Of a stretch of 64,000 nucleotides of DNA, positions 1-10,061 are shown piece after piece (positions within the stretch are counted from its first letter, which is position 1; each line of letters begins with the position of its first letter). The position numbers and the translations under genes are program-made. The notes under the pieces are model-generated. The model was not told where the DNA came from. It did no database searches and saw only the letters and a list, made by a program, of their open reading frames with translations. Source of the stretch: an uncultured virus (IMG/VR IMGVR_UViG_3300021446_000040) (lineage: Duplodnaviria; Heunggongvirae; Uroviricota; Caudoviricetes); the IMG/VR virus record IMGVR_UViG_3300021446_000040, one strand, 5' to 3'.

Positions 1-1
1 G

Positions 2-1081
2 TTCGGCGCTGTCCGCCGCGCCCGCGTTAAACCGACCGTTATCAACGGCAATGGTGTAGGTGGTTTCCGAACTTGGGGAAATGTCGCCAGGCAGGTTATC
101 AGTCGGGTTGTGCAACGAACTGCCGTCGCCGGCGGCTATAGTCGCTTCGACCGTGTAGCCGCTGTTTTGATCACCCGAAACCAGTACCAGATCGACGCCG
201 CTTGGCATGGCCGTCCGGTCGCCTTTGATCATGGAAGCACGGCGCAAATCAAGCGTTTCGTTGCTTGTTAACGTGTAAGATACGATCACAGCCGCCTGGC
301 CTTGTACCGCTGTCCCGGTTTCATTCCATGAAGTCAATCCATCGATCCGGTTTCCAAATTCGTTTTCAGTGACCGGGTTGTAGGACGTGTTCGACAGTGT
401 GACCGTGTTCGCTTTATCCAAAAGCGGCGCGGTTCCTTGGATGTTTAGATTTCTAAAGTTGGGCGCGCCGCCTACAGGAATAGTAAATATATTACTGTTA
501 TTAGCCGCGTCGCGGACAATTACCCGGTTATTATTAGACTGATAAAATATTTGAATCTTTTTGTCGTTTCCAAGCCCGACTTTAACATCGTCGCGGATTC
601 GTCCGGTGTCTTTTATATCAAAACCGCCGCTAATCGAAATAAGACCGCCCGCAAAACTAATACTTTTATCGCCTGGCCCGTTAATGTTCGTGTTTACAAT
701 TGACAGACCGCCGTTGTTACCCCCGCCAGGCACGGTTTCAATGCTTCCCACTATATCGGTCATAAACCGCGAAACCCACGAATCAGTAGATTCGTCGTTG
801 AACCACAGCGACGGGCTGTTTGTACTGGTATCTACTGTGATCCGGGGATAATCAGCGCCGGCCTGGTTCGGCTTTCCGTCGGTTACGTAGACTGAATTAT
901 CGTCTGTCCATTGCCATAGGGTCTGTAGCGCGTCGGCATAATTCAGGTCGTCTAAGTTGACCGAACCGCCGTCTACGTCGTTGTAGTTTTCAAGCGGGCC
1001 GTCCCTGCCGTCCGGCTGTGCTTCTTGGCCGTCAGCGGCGACCGGCAGGCCAGTTCGCTGTAGTCTGTAGCCTTTAGGCAT
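2..1081 (-). CDS. Putative tail protein, partial (runs off window start)
   Basis: ATG at 1081 (MPKGYRLQRTG...) opens a frame towards the window edge; it is the next minus-strand gene after the tape measure gene. Absent from the ORF track, presumably because it is truncated. Confidence 0.6.
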   Translation of the reverse strand, partial: MPKGYRLQRTGLPVAADGQEAQPDGRDGPLENYNDVDGGSVNLDDLNYADALQTLWQWTDDNSVYVTDGKPNQAGADYPRITVDTSTNSPSLWFNDESTDSWVSRFMTDIVGSIETVPGGGNNGGLSIVNTNINGPGDKSISFAGGLISISGGFDIKDTGRIRDDVKVGLGNDKKIQIFYQSNNNRVIVRDAANNSNIFTIPVGGAPNFRNLNIQGTAPLLDKANTVTLSNTSYNPVTENEFGNRIDGLTSWNETGTAVQGQAAVIVSYTLTSNETLDLRRASMIKGDRTAMPSGVDLVLVSGDQNSGYTVEATIAAGDGSSLHNPTDNLPGDISPSSETTYTIAVDNGRFNAGAADSAE

Positions 1082-1152
1082 AGGATAGTCTTATATGAAC
1101 TTGTTAGCCGCCTGGTTTTAAGGTTCGGCGGTCGCGCTTTCAGCGCGACGGC

Positions 1153-1199
1153 AATACGACAAGTTTATACCTATGTCCCTGTTGTAGCTAAATGCAATG
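1153..1199 (+). promoter_or_regulatory. Repeated viral promoter module (leaderless)
   Basis: AATACGACAAGTTTATAC, then CCCTGTTG, then CTAAATGCAATG ending at the start codon; the same layout recurs elsewhere in the window. Confidence 0.7.
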
Positions 1200-1799
1200 G
1201 ATCAAAACGGTCCGTCGTATGACAGCGCGGAAGTCGGCGATCGAATTACGGTCGAATACGCGACGCCTGAAGTCGAAGGTCGCGCCGGGATTAGTGGGGA
1301 AGTCGTTTCGGTTGACGTTAACGCGAACGGTGAACGGATGAACACCTGGTTTGTGGGCCAGGACGGTTACTTGTACCGGCTTGGCGCGAACTACATGGAA
1401 AGAACACCGGAACGCTACAGCGTTCAAGCCGCAAAGCAACAGCTTCGCGGGTTTGACCAAGATAAAATCACAACGTCGCTAATGCGGATTGATCGGTTCG
1501 ATGAACCGAACCAAGCGTACTGTTCGGTTGAAGTCGTCTACGTCGAACCGCAAGACGAAAACGACGACTACGATCGCATGACCGACTACGAACTACAAGC
1601 CGCCGCGCTACAAGAAGCGCGCGAAGGCACGCTTTCGGAAGCGTTCGACGCGCTGTTAGAACGCCAAGAACAGACACACGCGGATTTCATTCGCACACAG
1701 GCATACGAAAGCGACCGGCAAAGGGCCGATGAACTACGAATCAGGTCCGACCGCCTTCGCACAGGCCTGAAAGACGCGCTGGATCGGGCTAACGACTAA
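1197..1799 (+). CDS. Hypothetical protein (SH3-like N-terminus; C-terminus paralogous to 1828-2118)
   Basis: Acidic ORF behind a TATA module; GDRITVEY..GISGEV motif; ELQAAALQEAREG..EAFD shared with the next ORF. Confidence 0.8.
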   Translation: MDQNGPSYDSAEVGDRITVEYATPEVEGRAGISGEVVSVDVNANGERMNTWFVGQDGYLYRLGANYMERTPERYSVQAAKQQLRGFDQDKITTSLMRIDRFDEPNQAYCSVEVVYVEPQDENDDYDRMTDYELQAAALQEAREGTLSEAFDALLERQEQTHADFIRTQAYESDRQRADELRIRSDRLRTGLKDALDRAND

Positions 1800-1827
1800 C
1801 GACAGCTTTTTATTCGCGGTTGCCGTC

Positions 1828-2118
1828 GTGGGAAGTGTGATCTACGACCGCGACGAACTGAAAGAATTAGACGACCCGAAATTAGCCGCCGCCGCGTACC
1901 AAGAAGCGCGGGAAGGCCAGCAGGGGGAAGCGTTCGACGTAATGGTAAAGCGCCAAAAGTCCCTGCATGACCGTCTGTTTCGCATGAAAGCGGACGACTA
2001 CAGCCAGTTTTCACGCGACGCACTACGAACGCGCGCCGTTTTGCTGTTGCATACAACGACCATGGCGATAGAAATGGCGGACGAACACGCTGAAGAAAAC
2101 GAAAACAACGATGAATAA
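1828..2118 (+). CDS. Hypothetical protein, paralog of the upstream ORF C-terminus
   Basis: LAAAAYQEAREG..EAFD..KRQ..H motif. Confidence 0.7.
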   Translation: MGSVIYDRDELKELDDPKLAAAAYQEAREGQQGEAFDVMVKRQKSLHDRLFRMKADDYSQFSRDALRTRAVLLLHTTTMAIEMADEHAEENENNDE

Positions 2119-2329
2119 CAAGTCGAACCCCATGATAGCGCTACAGAACGATCCGGCGATCAAGGCAGTCGCGGCTACGAACGCCGGCGAAATCGTAGCG
2201 ACGCTTTCGGTCGAAACGGTTGACTACGAACAGGCAGGCGCTAAGATCGCCGAACGGGTAAGCGTGGACCTGGTTTTTGGCGGGGCGACCGAACGCGGCC
2301 AGCTTTACTTTCGACCGCGTTCATGGTAA
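2111..2329 (+). CDS. Small hypothetical protein, GEI...GRLYF family
   Basis: AGEIVATL..DYE..G..IA....RGQLYF. Confidence 0.75.
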   Translation: MNNKSNPMIALQNDPAIKAVAATNAGEIVATLSVETVDYEQAGAKIAERVSVDLVFGGATERGQLYFRPRSW

Positions 2330-2396
2330 TACGACAGGTTTATACGTGTGCCGCTATTCTGGTTAATCGTAGCGGGCGAAGCCCGCTACACAAACC

Positions 2397-2612
2397 ATGA
2401 ACGCAACGCAAACCGCCGTCGAAGAATTGGAAGCCGATCACAACGTGACTAATGTGTTCGTTACCCCTGCCGGTGAAATCAGGGTTGAAACGAACGTTAC
2501 GACCGCCGAACCCGCTACCGTCGGCGAATCCTTGGCCCGCTGGATCGACGCGGACGTTAGCTTTTCCCGCGCGTCGGCTTCGGGGCGACTGTACTTCAGG
2601 GTCAACGCATGA
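2397..2612 (+). CDS. Small hypothetical protein, GEI...GRLYF family
   Basis: PAGEIRV..VSFSR..SGRLYF; preceded by a TATA box and a hairpin leader. Confidence 0.75.
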   Translation: MNATQTAVEELEADHNVTNVFVTPAGEIRVETNVTTAEPATVGESLARWIDADVSFSRASASGRLYFRVNA

Positions 2613-2827
2613 ACGACGAACTAACGCGCGCCGCTGAAGCCGTCGAAGCTGTCCGAAACGACCCGGACGTTTACACCGCCTACGTTATGCCTGGCGGTGA
2701 AATAGAAGCTGTGGTCAAAGCGTCAACTGGTACGTACCGCGAAAAAGGCGAAACGATCGCCGCGCGCCTTGATCCAGTTGACTTTTCGCGTGTGAACCGG
2801 CACGGACGGCTGTACTTTACCGTCTAA
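2609..2827 (+). CDS. Small hypothetical protein, GEI...GRLYF family
   Basis: PGGEIEA..Y..GETIA..VDFSRV..HGRLYF; ATGA overlap with the previous ORF. Confidence 0.75.
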   Translation: MNDELTRAAEAVEAVRNDPDVYTAYVMPGGEIEAVVKASTGTYREKGETIAARLDPVDFSRVNRHGRLYFTV

Positions 2828-2838
2828 CCGCCGCGCTC

Positions 2839-5800
2839 TTAGTAATTATCCATATAGCTATCAAATTCATCGGCGAAGCCTTTAGCGGCTTCCCGGCCGG
2901 CTTCCCTACTGTCCGCGTTGATAGTGGGGTTCATGTTATATTCTACCACGTTGACAGTGCCGCCGCCTGCGGCCGCTGAAGCCGCCGCGCCAGGTGCTTT
3001 GTCCGCCATGCGCGCCAGCTTATCCATTTCGTTCGCGGTCGTCTTTTTAGCGTCGCGCATGGTCTTTTCGATCGGGCTTTCCATATCCCACTTGGCCAAG
3101 TAGTCGTTAACTTCCGTTATGGTATCAGGAATGATCGAATTGCCGACTACCGTATCTTGGAAGCTTTCAAACGGCTTTTTCGCCGCGTCAACCGCGCCCT
3201 GTACCTTGGACTTCAAATCTTCTTTCAGGCCATTCAGCGCGTTCACCGCTTTCTTTTTCAGCTTTTTCATCTGTTCCTTGGCCTGTTTTTTGAGCTTCTT
3301 GAACTTACGAACGACCAAGTTACGGGTTTCATCGGCGATTTTCTTCAGCCGGCGCTTGATCGAATCGTATATCTTGATCAAGCGCTCTTTCATCGTTTTC
3401 ATGGCCTTCGCTACCAGTTCCCGCAGTTTGCTAAACGCCTGGCTAACCCTATCCTTCGCCGTTTGTGCGGCCGTAATTATCTGTTCCTTGGCGGTCTGAA
3501 TCGCCGTGACAGCTTTTTCTTTCGCCGTCTGTGCGGCTGTAACGACGTTATCCTTCAGCGTTTGGAAGGCAGTGCTTACTTTGTCCTTGGCGTTTTGTGC
3601 CGCCGTCAGCACTTTGTCTTTTGCCGTCTGATAGGCTGTAATAGCCTTGTCTTTGGCGGTTTGTGCCGCAGTAGTTACCAGGTCCTTTAGCTCTTGGAAG
3701 CGGCTTGAAACTTGGTCTTTGATCGTCTGTGCCGCGTTCTGTAGCTTCGACCGGATGTTTTCGAACGCGGTAATTGCCTTTTGCTTCAGCGTATCGAAAG
3801 CCGTAAGTACCAGTTCCTTCGTCCGCGTAGCCGCGTCGGATACGCGCTGTTTAAGCGTGTTAAATGCGGACACGGCGCGCTGTCGGGCGTTATCAATCGC
3901 CGTGCGAATCAGCGACTTCAACTGCTGAAACGCCTGGCTAACGCGCGCTTTAATCCGCGTCGCCGCGTTCGTAAGTTTCTGTTTTATGCTGTTGAACGTC
4001 GTAATTAGACGACCCTTCAGCCGATCGAACGCTTTTTGCACAAGCGCCTTCGTTCGCGTCGCCGCGTTAGACACTTTTTGCTTCAGCGCGTTAAACGCCG
4101 TGACAGCCCGCGACCGTGCGTTATCAATCGCGGTCTGAATCAGCGATTTCAGCTTTTGGAAGGCCTGGCTAACGCGGGCCTTGATTCGGGTCGCCGCGTT
4201 CTGTAATTTTTGCTTGATCGCATTGAACGCTGTGATCACGCGCCCCTTCAGCGTGTTAAACGCCTTTACAACGCGGGCCTTCAGCCGTGTAGCCGCGTTC
4301 GTAACTTTCTGTTTGATAATGTTGAACGCGCGAATCGCGGCGCGTTTTGCCTTATCAATCGCGCCCTTGATCGCCGAAACCAGTTTGCCACCCCACTTCT
4401 TTATGAATTGGACGATAGCGTTGAATATATCCTTAACTATCGAACCAAAGATTAGTTCTTTGCCCCACTGGATGAACTTTTTGACCGCTTTTGACAAAGC
4501 GTCCGCGATAAAGCGAACCAGTTTGCCACCCCACTTAGATACGAAGCTAACGATGCCGTTAAGAATCCGCTTGCCAAGATCGATCATGCGGTTTAGGCCG
4601 CGTTCCCAATTTCCGTTCATAAGATCGATCGCGGTCTTAACAATCGTCGCCAGCGTATCGAACGCCGCGCCAAGCACGGACAGCAGGGTATCAGACACGA
4701 ACGCCGAAACCGCACGGACCTTATCTTGATGCCGCTGTAAGAACTTGGCGATTTCATTGACAACCGTTAGCACGACATTCGCCAGCGTGCGGAACGACGC
4801 GCTAACCGCAGTCACAAGCGCCGCGACTACGATCACTATGTCCCTTTTGTTATTTTCCCAAAACGTAGACAGCCGGGACAAGAAGGGCTGAATCACGGCT
4901 ATAACCGTGCTTTTCAGCGCCTTAAACGTGTTAACTATCGTCGTCTTGGCCAGTTCGATCGTAGACGCCCACTTTTTGCCTTCAGTTTGCCAGGCCAAAT
5001 TAACCGCTTGGCCGATAGCGTTTACGGCCTGTTTGAAACTTTGCTTGGCGCTTTTAAAAGTCTGTTTTATCCCGTCGATTATCTGCTGTGTAGTCGGAAC
5101 CAGGGGCTTTAGCTTGTTATTCCAAAACTGGTTTATCCCGTTAAGGGTCTGTCGGACGACGTTTTTAATTTCGCCCATATCGCCGTTGAACAGCGACTTT
5201 ATAGCCGACAGAACGGTTTGCGTTTTGCCCTGGATGTTACCCAAGTTCTTTTGCCAGGCGATCCACAGGCCGGCGATCGCCGCGACCGCCAGGCCGATCG
5301 GGTTAGTCAGCAGGCCGATCGCCGAACCAAGCGACCCGAACCGCGTGATTAGCGGGCCGATTCGCGCAAGAAGCGACCCGATAGACCCGGTTAGGCGCTT
5401 TCCGATGAACGTCGCCAGGCGTTGCATCGGCCCGATTATCCGCGACGCGGCCGAACGCACGCGCGACAGTTGGGGAACGAACGCCGCCGCCATGTTCTTA
5501 GCTGTCCGCAGTCCGACTAACAGGACGTTCTTGAACACACCGCCGGCAGTGCGTGCCTTCCCGACAAGTCCGCCCACGAAGCCAGTGACCCGGCTTACAA
5601 CGCTACCAAGCTTGGACGACGCGGACTGTGCCGCTTTCGTCTTTCCGGCCCACGAACCCAAGCTTTTCGTGCCGGACTTCAGCGACCCGACAAAGCGACC
5701 GCCGAACACGGGAACCAGGGTCGAAGCGACGAACGACCCGATGCTTTTCGCGGCCGGCAGTGCGCCGCCGGTAATGCCGGTCGCCAGGCTACTAAGCGCG

Positions 5801-7902
5801 CCGGTCACTGTTCCGGTTTTCACCGCCCACGTCGCCAGGACAGCGCCAAGCGCGCCGACTGCGGCCTTGTACGGTGTGATCGACGTGCTAACTTGATCGA
5901 TCGCCGCGCTAACGTCCGTGCCGTGCGTGCGCCAAAGCTGTGTCGCGCTTTGTAAGATGTTTGTGACTGTCGTTAGAACAGTCGAAACCGCGTTGCGAAT
6001 CGTAGATACGACCGTCTGATACGGTTGCTGTACTGCGGTTTTCGTATCGACGCCGTGTTTATTCCACGCGCTTGTCAGCGCGTTTAGCGCGTTCGTAACC
6101 GGCGGTCGGATCGCCTGGATAGTGCTTAGGACAGTCGCTTTTACGCTGTTGTACGCGCCGCGCGCGCTTCCGATCAACGCCTGGCCGTGTGCGTCCCAAG
6201 CCTGTGTGATACCTGTTAACGCGGCCGAAACGATAGCGCCAAGTCCGCCGACTACCGTTTTGATTATCTTCGTAACGGTCGAAAACGTGTTACGAACGGT
6301 TTGAATTATTTGATCGCCATTCGCACGCCAGTAGTCAGCGAACGCAGTCAAATACTGGCGCGCCGTCTGAAACGCGCCTTTGATCCGCGACCCGATAGCC
6401 GTCTGTAGCGTCTGTACCAAGCTGGCCGTCCGCTGTTCGACGCCGGACGACATACCGCCAAAGGCAGAACGGAAGTCAGACAGTACCATAGACGCGACCG
6501 AAAACGCCTGTTGCATGGTCGCGGTGAACTGGCTTTCTATGATGCTAACAAGCCCCATGGTCGCCGTGCGTATGCCGGCGAAATTGCTATTCCACGCCGC
6601 GCCAAGGCCAGCGACCGCCGCCGCGACAGCCGTTACAGGCGCGGCCAGCGCCGCGACAGCGCTACCGAACGCGACTACGCCTGTTGCTACCATCGTACCC
6701 GAAAGCGCTGTTACAGCCGCCGTCAACCCGGCTATCGCGCCGGTCACAAGAATCACCGCGCCCGGCACACCGTTCATGGCCGAATTAAAATTAGCGAAGG
6801 CATCAATGCCGGACTTAACCGCGCCAAGCACGCCTTTGACCGCCGGCAGGAAAACCGACCCGGTTTGCTGTCCGACCGTTGTGATCGTATTCTTCAATAG
6901 CTGAAGCTGTGCTTTCGCCGTGTCCGCCTGGATCGCAAATTCCCGCTGTAGGCTTGTGCCTTCTTCGAACGACGAATTTGCGGTTTTCATGGCGCTGTTT
7001 ACGCCGTCTAAGTTTTGGCCAAGTTTCGATAAGGTCTGTCGGCTGTAGGTAGAAAACACCTTCCGCAGATTGTTACCCTTTTCAGTATTGTTAGCCATTT
7101 CCTTAGCCATTAATTTGAACAGACCCGTCGGGTCGTTCTTCCGCATACTTTTAAATTCGCTAACGTTCATGCCAAGCGCGTTAGCAAATTTTTCGACCTT
7201 CTTCGGGTTCTGAAGTTCTTGGGACACGCGCCGCAGGCCGCTACCCGCGCGCCGCGCTGAATTAGACACTTCATTCATAGCGCCGGACAGTCCGACAATT
7301 TCGGTTGTCGAAAGCCCAAGCTGTGTCAACGAACTGCTGGCCTTTAGCATCGTCTGTGTGATTTCAGACGACGAAGCGGCCGCGTTGTTAGAAAGTTCGT
7401 TGATAGACGACCCAAGGTTTTCCATCTTGGGGATGGGCGTTTCTGTAAGTGTGGCCAGTTTTGCGAATGATTTTCCAGCTTTTTGTGCAGAAAGATCGGT
7501 AGCGGTGGCCATTTTTCCAACTACCCGCGTAAAGTTTTCGATATTGTCCGCGCCTTCTATTCCGAAACGCCCCGCCTGTTCTGTCAAACTGGCCAATTCA
7601 GCAGTTGTTAGGGGAATTTCTTGTGCCATTTGCTGAATTTGGCCGGTAAGTTTAGAAGCGGTCGCTTCTGAAGTCACTTTTTGGACTTCCGCCATTTTTG
7701 CTTCGAAGTCAGCGGCCGCCTGTGTCGCCTTGGCTATACCGCCGGCAGAAACAGCCGCCATAGCGCCGCCTAAACCGACTGTCGCGGCCTTAAAACTTTT
7801 CGAAGCGCTGGCCGCTTGTGCAAATTCCGAAGCCACAGCTTCGCCGCCGGACGCTGTAAGGCGCGTTTCTATGGTATTTGCACCGCCGGAACCGCCGAAC
7901 AT
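2839..7902 (-). CDS. Tail tape measure protein
   Basis: 1687 aa, Ala/Gly-rich and helical; TP901-type N-terminal region (AADFEAKMAEVQKVT), LLTNPIGLAVAAIAGL motif, 11/22-residue helical repeats; lies downstream of the tail tube and chaperone genes. Confidence 0.93.
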   Translation of the reverse strand: MFGGSGGANTIETRLTASGGEAVASEFAQAASASKSFKAATVGLGGAMAAVSAGGIAKATQAAADFEAKMAEVQKVTSEATASKLTGQIQQMAQEIPLTTAELASLTEQAGRFGIEGADNIENFTRVVGKMATATDLSAQKAGKSFAKLATLTETPIPKMENLGSSINELSNNAAASSSEITQTMLKASSSLTQLGLSTTEIVGLSGAMNEVSNSARRAGSGLRRVSQELQNPKKVEKFANALGMNVSEFKSMRKNDPTGLFKLMAKEMANNTEKGNNLRKVFSTYSRQTLSKLGQNLDGVNSAMKTANSSFEEGTSLQREFAIQADTAKAQLQLLKNTITTVGQQTGSVFLPAVKGVLGAVKSGIDAFANFNSAMNGVPGAVILVTGAIAGLTAAVTALSGTMVATGVVAFGSAVAALAAPVTAVAAAVAGLGAAWNSNFAGIRTATMGLVSIIESQFTATMQQAFSVASMVLSDFRSAFGGMSSGVEQRTASLVQTLQTAIGSRIKGAFQTARQYLTAFADYWRANGDQIIQTVRNTFSTVTKIIKTVVGGLGAIVSAALTGITQAWDAHGQALIGSARGAYNSVKATVLSTIQAIRPPVTNALNALTSAWNKHGVDTKTAVQQPYQTVVSTIRNAVSTVLTTVTNILQSATQLWRTHGTDVSAAIDQVSTSITPYKAAVGALGAVLATWAVKTGTVTGALSSLATGITGGALPAAKSIGSFVASTLVPVFGGRFVGSLKSGTKSLGSWAGKTKAAQSASSKLGSVVSRVTGFVGGLVGKARTAGGVFKNVLLVGLRTAKNMAAAFVPQLSRVRSAASRIIGPMQRLATFIGKRLTGSIGSLLARIGPLITRFGSLGSAIGLLTNPIGLAVAAIAGLWIAWQKNLGNIQGKTQTVLSAIKSLFNGDMGEIKNVVRQTLNGINQFWNNKLKPLVPTTQQIIDGIKQTFKSAKQSFKQAVNAIGQAVNLAWQTEGKKWASTIELAKTTIVNTFKALKSTVIAVIQPFLSRLSTFWENNKRDIVIVVAALVTAVSASFRTLANVVLTVVNEIAKFLQRHQDKVRAVSAFVSDTLLSVLGAAFDTLATIVKTAIDLMNGNWERGLNRMIDLGKRILNGIVSFVSKWGGKLVRFIADALSKAVKKFIQWGKELIFGSIVKDIFNAIVQFIKKWGGKLVSAIKGAIDKAKRAAIRAFNIIKQKVTNAATRLKARVVKAFNTLKGRVITAFNAIKQKLQNAATRIKARVSQAFQKLKSLIQTAIDNARSRAVTAFNALKQKVSNAATRTKALVQKAFDRLKGRLITTFNSIKQKLTNAATRIKARVSQAFQQLKSLIRTAIDNARQRAVSAFNTLKQRVSDAATRTKELVLTAFDTLKQKAITAFENIRSKLQNAAQTIKDQVSSRFQELKDLVTTAAQTAKDKAITAYQTAKDKVLTAAQNAKDKVSTAFQTLKDNVVTAAQTAKEKAVTAIQTAKEQIITAAQTAKDRVSQAFSKLRELVAKAMKTMKERLIKIYDSIKRRLKKIADETRNLVVRKFKKLKKQAKEQMKKLKKKAVNALNGLKEDLKSKVQGAVDAAKKPFESFQDTVVGNSIIPDTITEVNDYLAKWDMESPIEKTMRDAKKTTANEMDKLARMADKAPGAAASAAAGGGTVNVVEYNMNPTINADSREAGREAAKGFADEFDSYMDNY

Positions 7903-8024
7903 AAGAAGCTATGACTAACTGGCTATCCGGCGCAAATAAAAAGTCGGACAAGCGCGCGGCGCTGTAGACAGTTACGCAAACTGATAAGCGCGACGAACGC
8001 GGCGCTTTCAAGCCGGCCAAGGCA

Positions 8025-8198
8025 GTGTCGGAAAAGTGATACAGCCTTTCGAAGCGGCGCTGAAATGACCGCGAAAACTGGCGGTCGCTACAACCCCCCG
8101 ATTTGAAATCGGCCGGTAGAAGCGATTTCTGTCCTAAAAAACATTTCAGTCCCTTCTACAATAGGGGAAGATTTCAGCCGCCGCTGTCAGCGGGGGTT
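8025..8198 (-). repeat. Dispersed intergenic repeat, copy A
   Basis: Reverse complement contains CCCCTATTGTAGAAGGGACTGAAATGTTTTTTAGGACAGA (identical in copies B and C), CCGATTT-C-AAATCGG+GGGG and TGTATCACTTTTCCGACAC. Confidence 0.92.
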
Positions 8199-8300
8199 GT
8201 AACAATCAGACTGCGGATAGTAATTTTTGTGCTGATTTTAATAATGCGTATCAGTATTCGAACACGCCAGCTTTATACAAGCGCCGCGCTATGCTAACGC

Positions 8301-8621
8301 ATGGCCGAAGCCGAAGGCAACTTACGACCGACGCCGAATGGCACGCACGAAGAAGCGCCGTCAGACCTTCCCCCGCTAATGTGGGATATGTATTATGGCC
8401 CCGGAAGTCAGCCGGATAACCCGCACTTGTATAGCGACTACGAACGCGCCGAACGGGGCGTTTACCTTTTCCGGCTGTACGAATACGAACAGAAACGGCC
8501 TGCGTTCCGGCTTGAAATCCTACACAGCGGGGAACAAGTTTTACAGGAAAAATACAACGACATAGACGCCGCAAAAGACCGCGCCGAAAAATTCGTCGCT
8601 GATAACTGCGTGTGGCTATGA
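8301..8621 (+). CDS. Small hypothetical protein, W..F.I..F.L..AK.RA family
   Basis: TTTATA ~25 nt upstream; RPTPNGTHE and AKDRAEKFVADN motifs shared with 9139-9438. Confidence 0.75.
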   Translation: MAEAEGNLRPTPNGTHEEAPSDLPPLMWDMYYGPGSQPDNPHLYSDYERAERGVYLFRLYEYEQKRPAFRLEILHSGEQVLQEKYNDIDAAKDRAEKFVADNCVWL

Positions 8622-8839
8622 ATTGGGAACCATACGAAGCCTACAGCGCCGCAGGTCGGTTCTTCCCCGAACGCTGGCGATCGCATACTGGCGGATGGAT
8701 ATTCAAGATCAAAAAGCGCCGGCGCGATTCTAAGTTTCAGCTAATGGTTCGCAAACAGGGACACACCTACTTTGTGCATCGTTCGTCGTGGGACGACCTG
8801 GATACCGCGAAAGACAAGGCGGACAAGTTACTTGTATAG
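8618..8839 (+). CDS. Small hypothetical protein, same family
   Basis: WIFKIKKR..DSKFQLMVR..G...DLDTAKDKA; ATGA overlap. Confidence 0.7.
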   Translation: MNWEPYEAYSAAGRFFPERWRSHTGGWIFKIKKRRRDSKFQLMVRKQGHTYFVHRSSWDDLDTAKDKADKLLV

Positions 8840-8893
8840 CCGTTGCCGTGAAACAACGGGTTTATACGTGTCCGGCTGTTCTGCCTAATCGCA

Positions 8894-9139
8894 ATGGTCG
8901 AAAAAACCGCGCCGGTGATCGCACAGGCATACGCCGAACACATTTCGGGCAATGGCGTCCGCGCCAAGACGTTCCCGAACGGAACGATAGAAGTTCAATT
9001 CGACAACCTTAGCACGAATGAAATCGAATTTGGTAGCGTGAACGATAAAGGCTGGCACGCTACCGCTGTCAATTTCGAAGAAAACTACGTCGTGCTAAAG
9101 TGCTACAACCGTCGGCCCTACATGGAAGGCGAATACTAA
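8894..9139 (+). CDS. Hypothetical protein
   Basis: Leaderless ATG directly after the GTTTATAC..CCGGCTGTTC..CTAATCGCAATG module. Confidence 0.7.
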   Translation: MVEKTAPVIAQAYAEHISGNGVRAKTFPNGTIEVQFDNLSTNEIEFGSVNDKGWHATAVNFEENYVVLKCYNRRPYMEGEY

Positions 9140-9438
9140 TGCACGAAAACCCGCGCCCTTCGATCGACGGAACGCACGAAGATATGCCGGCAGGTGTAAA
9201 GCCGCTAACCTGGCGGTCGCGCGAAGCTTGGGACGGGGGAGCTTTTTACCCGCGATACGAAGCCGCCGACCGCGAATGGGCGGTCTTTACGATCAAAGAA
9301 CGGAAGAAAGATAGCCAGGTCGTCTTAGCCGTGCGGGAAAACGGCTTTCGCCTGGTTCACAAATCGGTACATGAAGGCGCGCGCTACGCACAGCAACGCG
9401 CTGAAAGGTTCGTCGCCGAAAACGAACTGTTCGGTTAG
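9139..9438 (+). CDS. Small hypothetical protein, same family as 8301-8621
   Basis: RPSIDGTHE..W..FTIKERKKDSQVVLAV..AQQRAERFVAEN; TAATG overlap. Confidence 0.75.
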   Translation: MHENPRPSIDGTHEDMPAGVKPLTWRSREAWDGGAFYPRYEAADREWAVFTIKERKKDSQVVLAVRENGFRLVHKSVHEGARYAQQRAERFVAENELFG

Positions 9439-10061
9439 TGACCGTCCGGCAGGTTCCGCGCGCCGCTTATTTTGTCGCTGAAGCGTCCGTCCGAACTATT
9501 GCCGCCGCTTTCCCTGCGTTCTTCCGCCTGTTCATGGCCTTGGTAGATCGCCTGGATTTCACCCATGGTTAGGCTGTATACATCGGTTGGGTTCGTATGG
9601 TATTCGCCGACATACTGAAACAAGAAGTCGGCTAAATCTTCGTCTACGTCTTTGCGCCTACCGCCGTCGTTGTGCTGTGCAAACATCGAATCGTCGCGCA
9701 CTACGTCGCTGTAGTCGTCGTCTGATTTATCAAGCCGGTTGCTTTCTTGATCCGACCGCTGTAGCAGGTCGCTTGCAAGCAAAATACCGTATTCAAGCGC
9801 GGGCGGAACGGATGGGTGCATACCGGCGACCTGGCCGGGCGTACACGGCGCTATGCAGGCCGAAAACAAGTCGGCAAACATCCCGATCGTTCTTGGCCTG
9901 TTTTCGTAGAATTGGACGATATTGCCGTATTCAAGCGGGGCCATGGCTACGCAGTAGCCGCTTGGGTATTCTACTGGCCGCTTGATCACTTTTCCGTTCG
10001 GCGCGTGTGCGGCCTGGCCGTGTACTTCTATCTGTCGGTAATCGACGCCTTTCAGTTTCCC
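9435..10061 (-). CDS. Tail assembly chaperone, -1 frameshift extension (gpT-like)
   Basis: The frame is open from the G GGA AAC slippery heptamer (10055-10061) into ORF 9435-9989; DVYSLTMGEI motif near the C-terminus. Confidence 0.7.
   Translation of the reverse strand, partial: GKLKGVDYRQIEVHGQAAHAPNGKVIKRPVEYPSGYCVAMAPLEYGNIVQFYENRPRTIGMFADLFSACIAPCTPGQVAGMHPSVPPALEYGILLASDLLQRSDQESNRLDKSDDDYSDVVRDDSMFAQHNDGGRRKDVDEDLADFLFQYVGEYHTNPTDVYSLTMGEIQAIYQGHEQAEERRESGGNSSDGRFSDKISGARNLPDGH

Noticed and set aside
3400..4330. Tandem DNA repeats in the tape measure gene
   Set aside because: Explained by ordinary 11/22-aa helical repeats of tape measure proteins.
2918..7918. Long plus-strand ORFs opposite the tape measure gene, and similar shadow ORFs elsewhere
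   Set aside because: These are antisense shadows of GC-rich genes, with non-acidic composition and no promoters.
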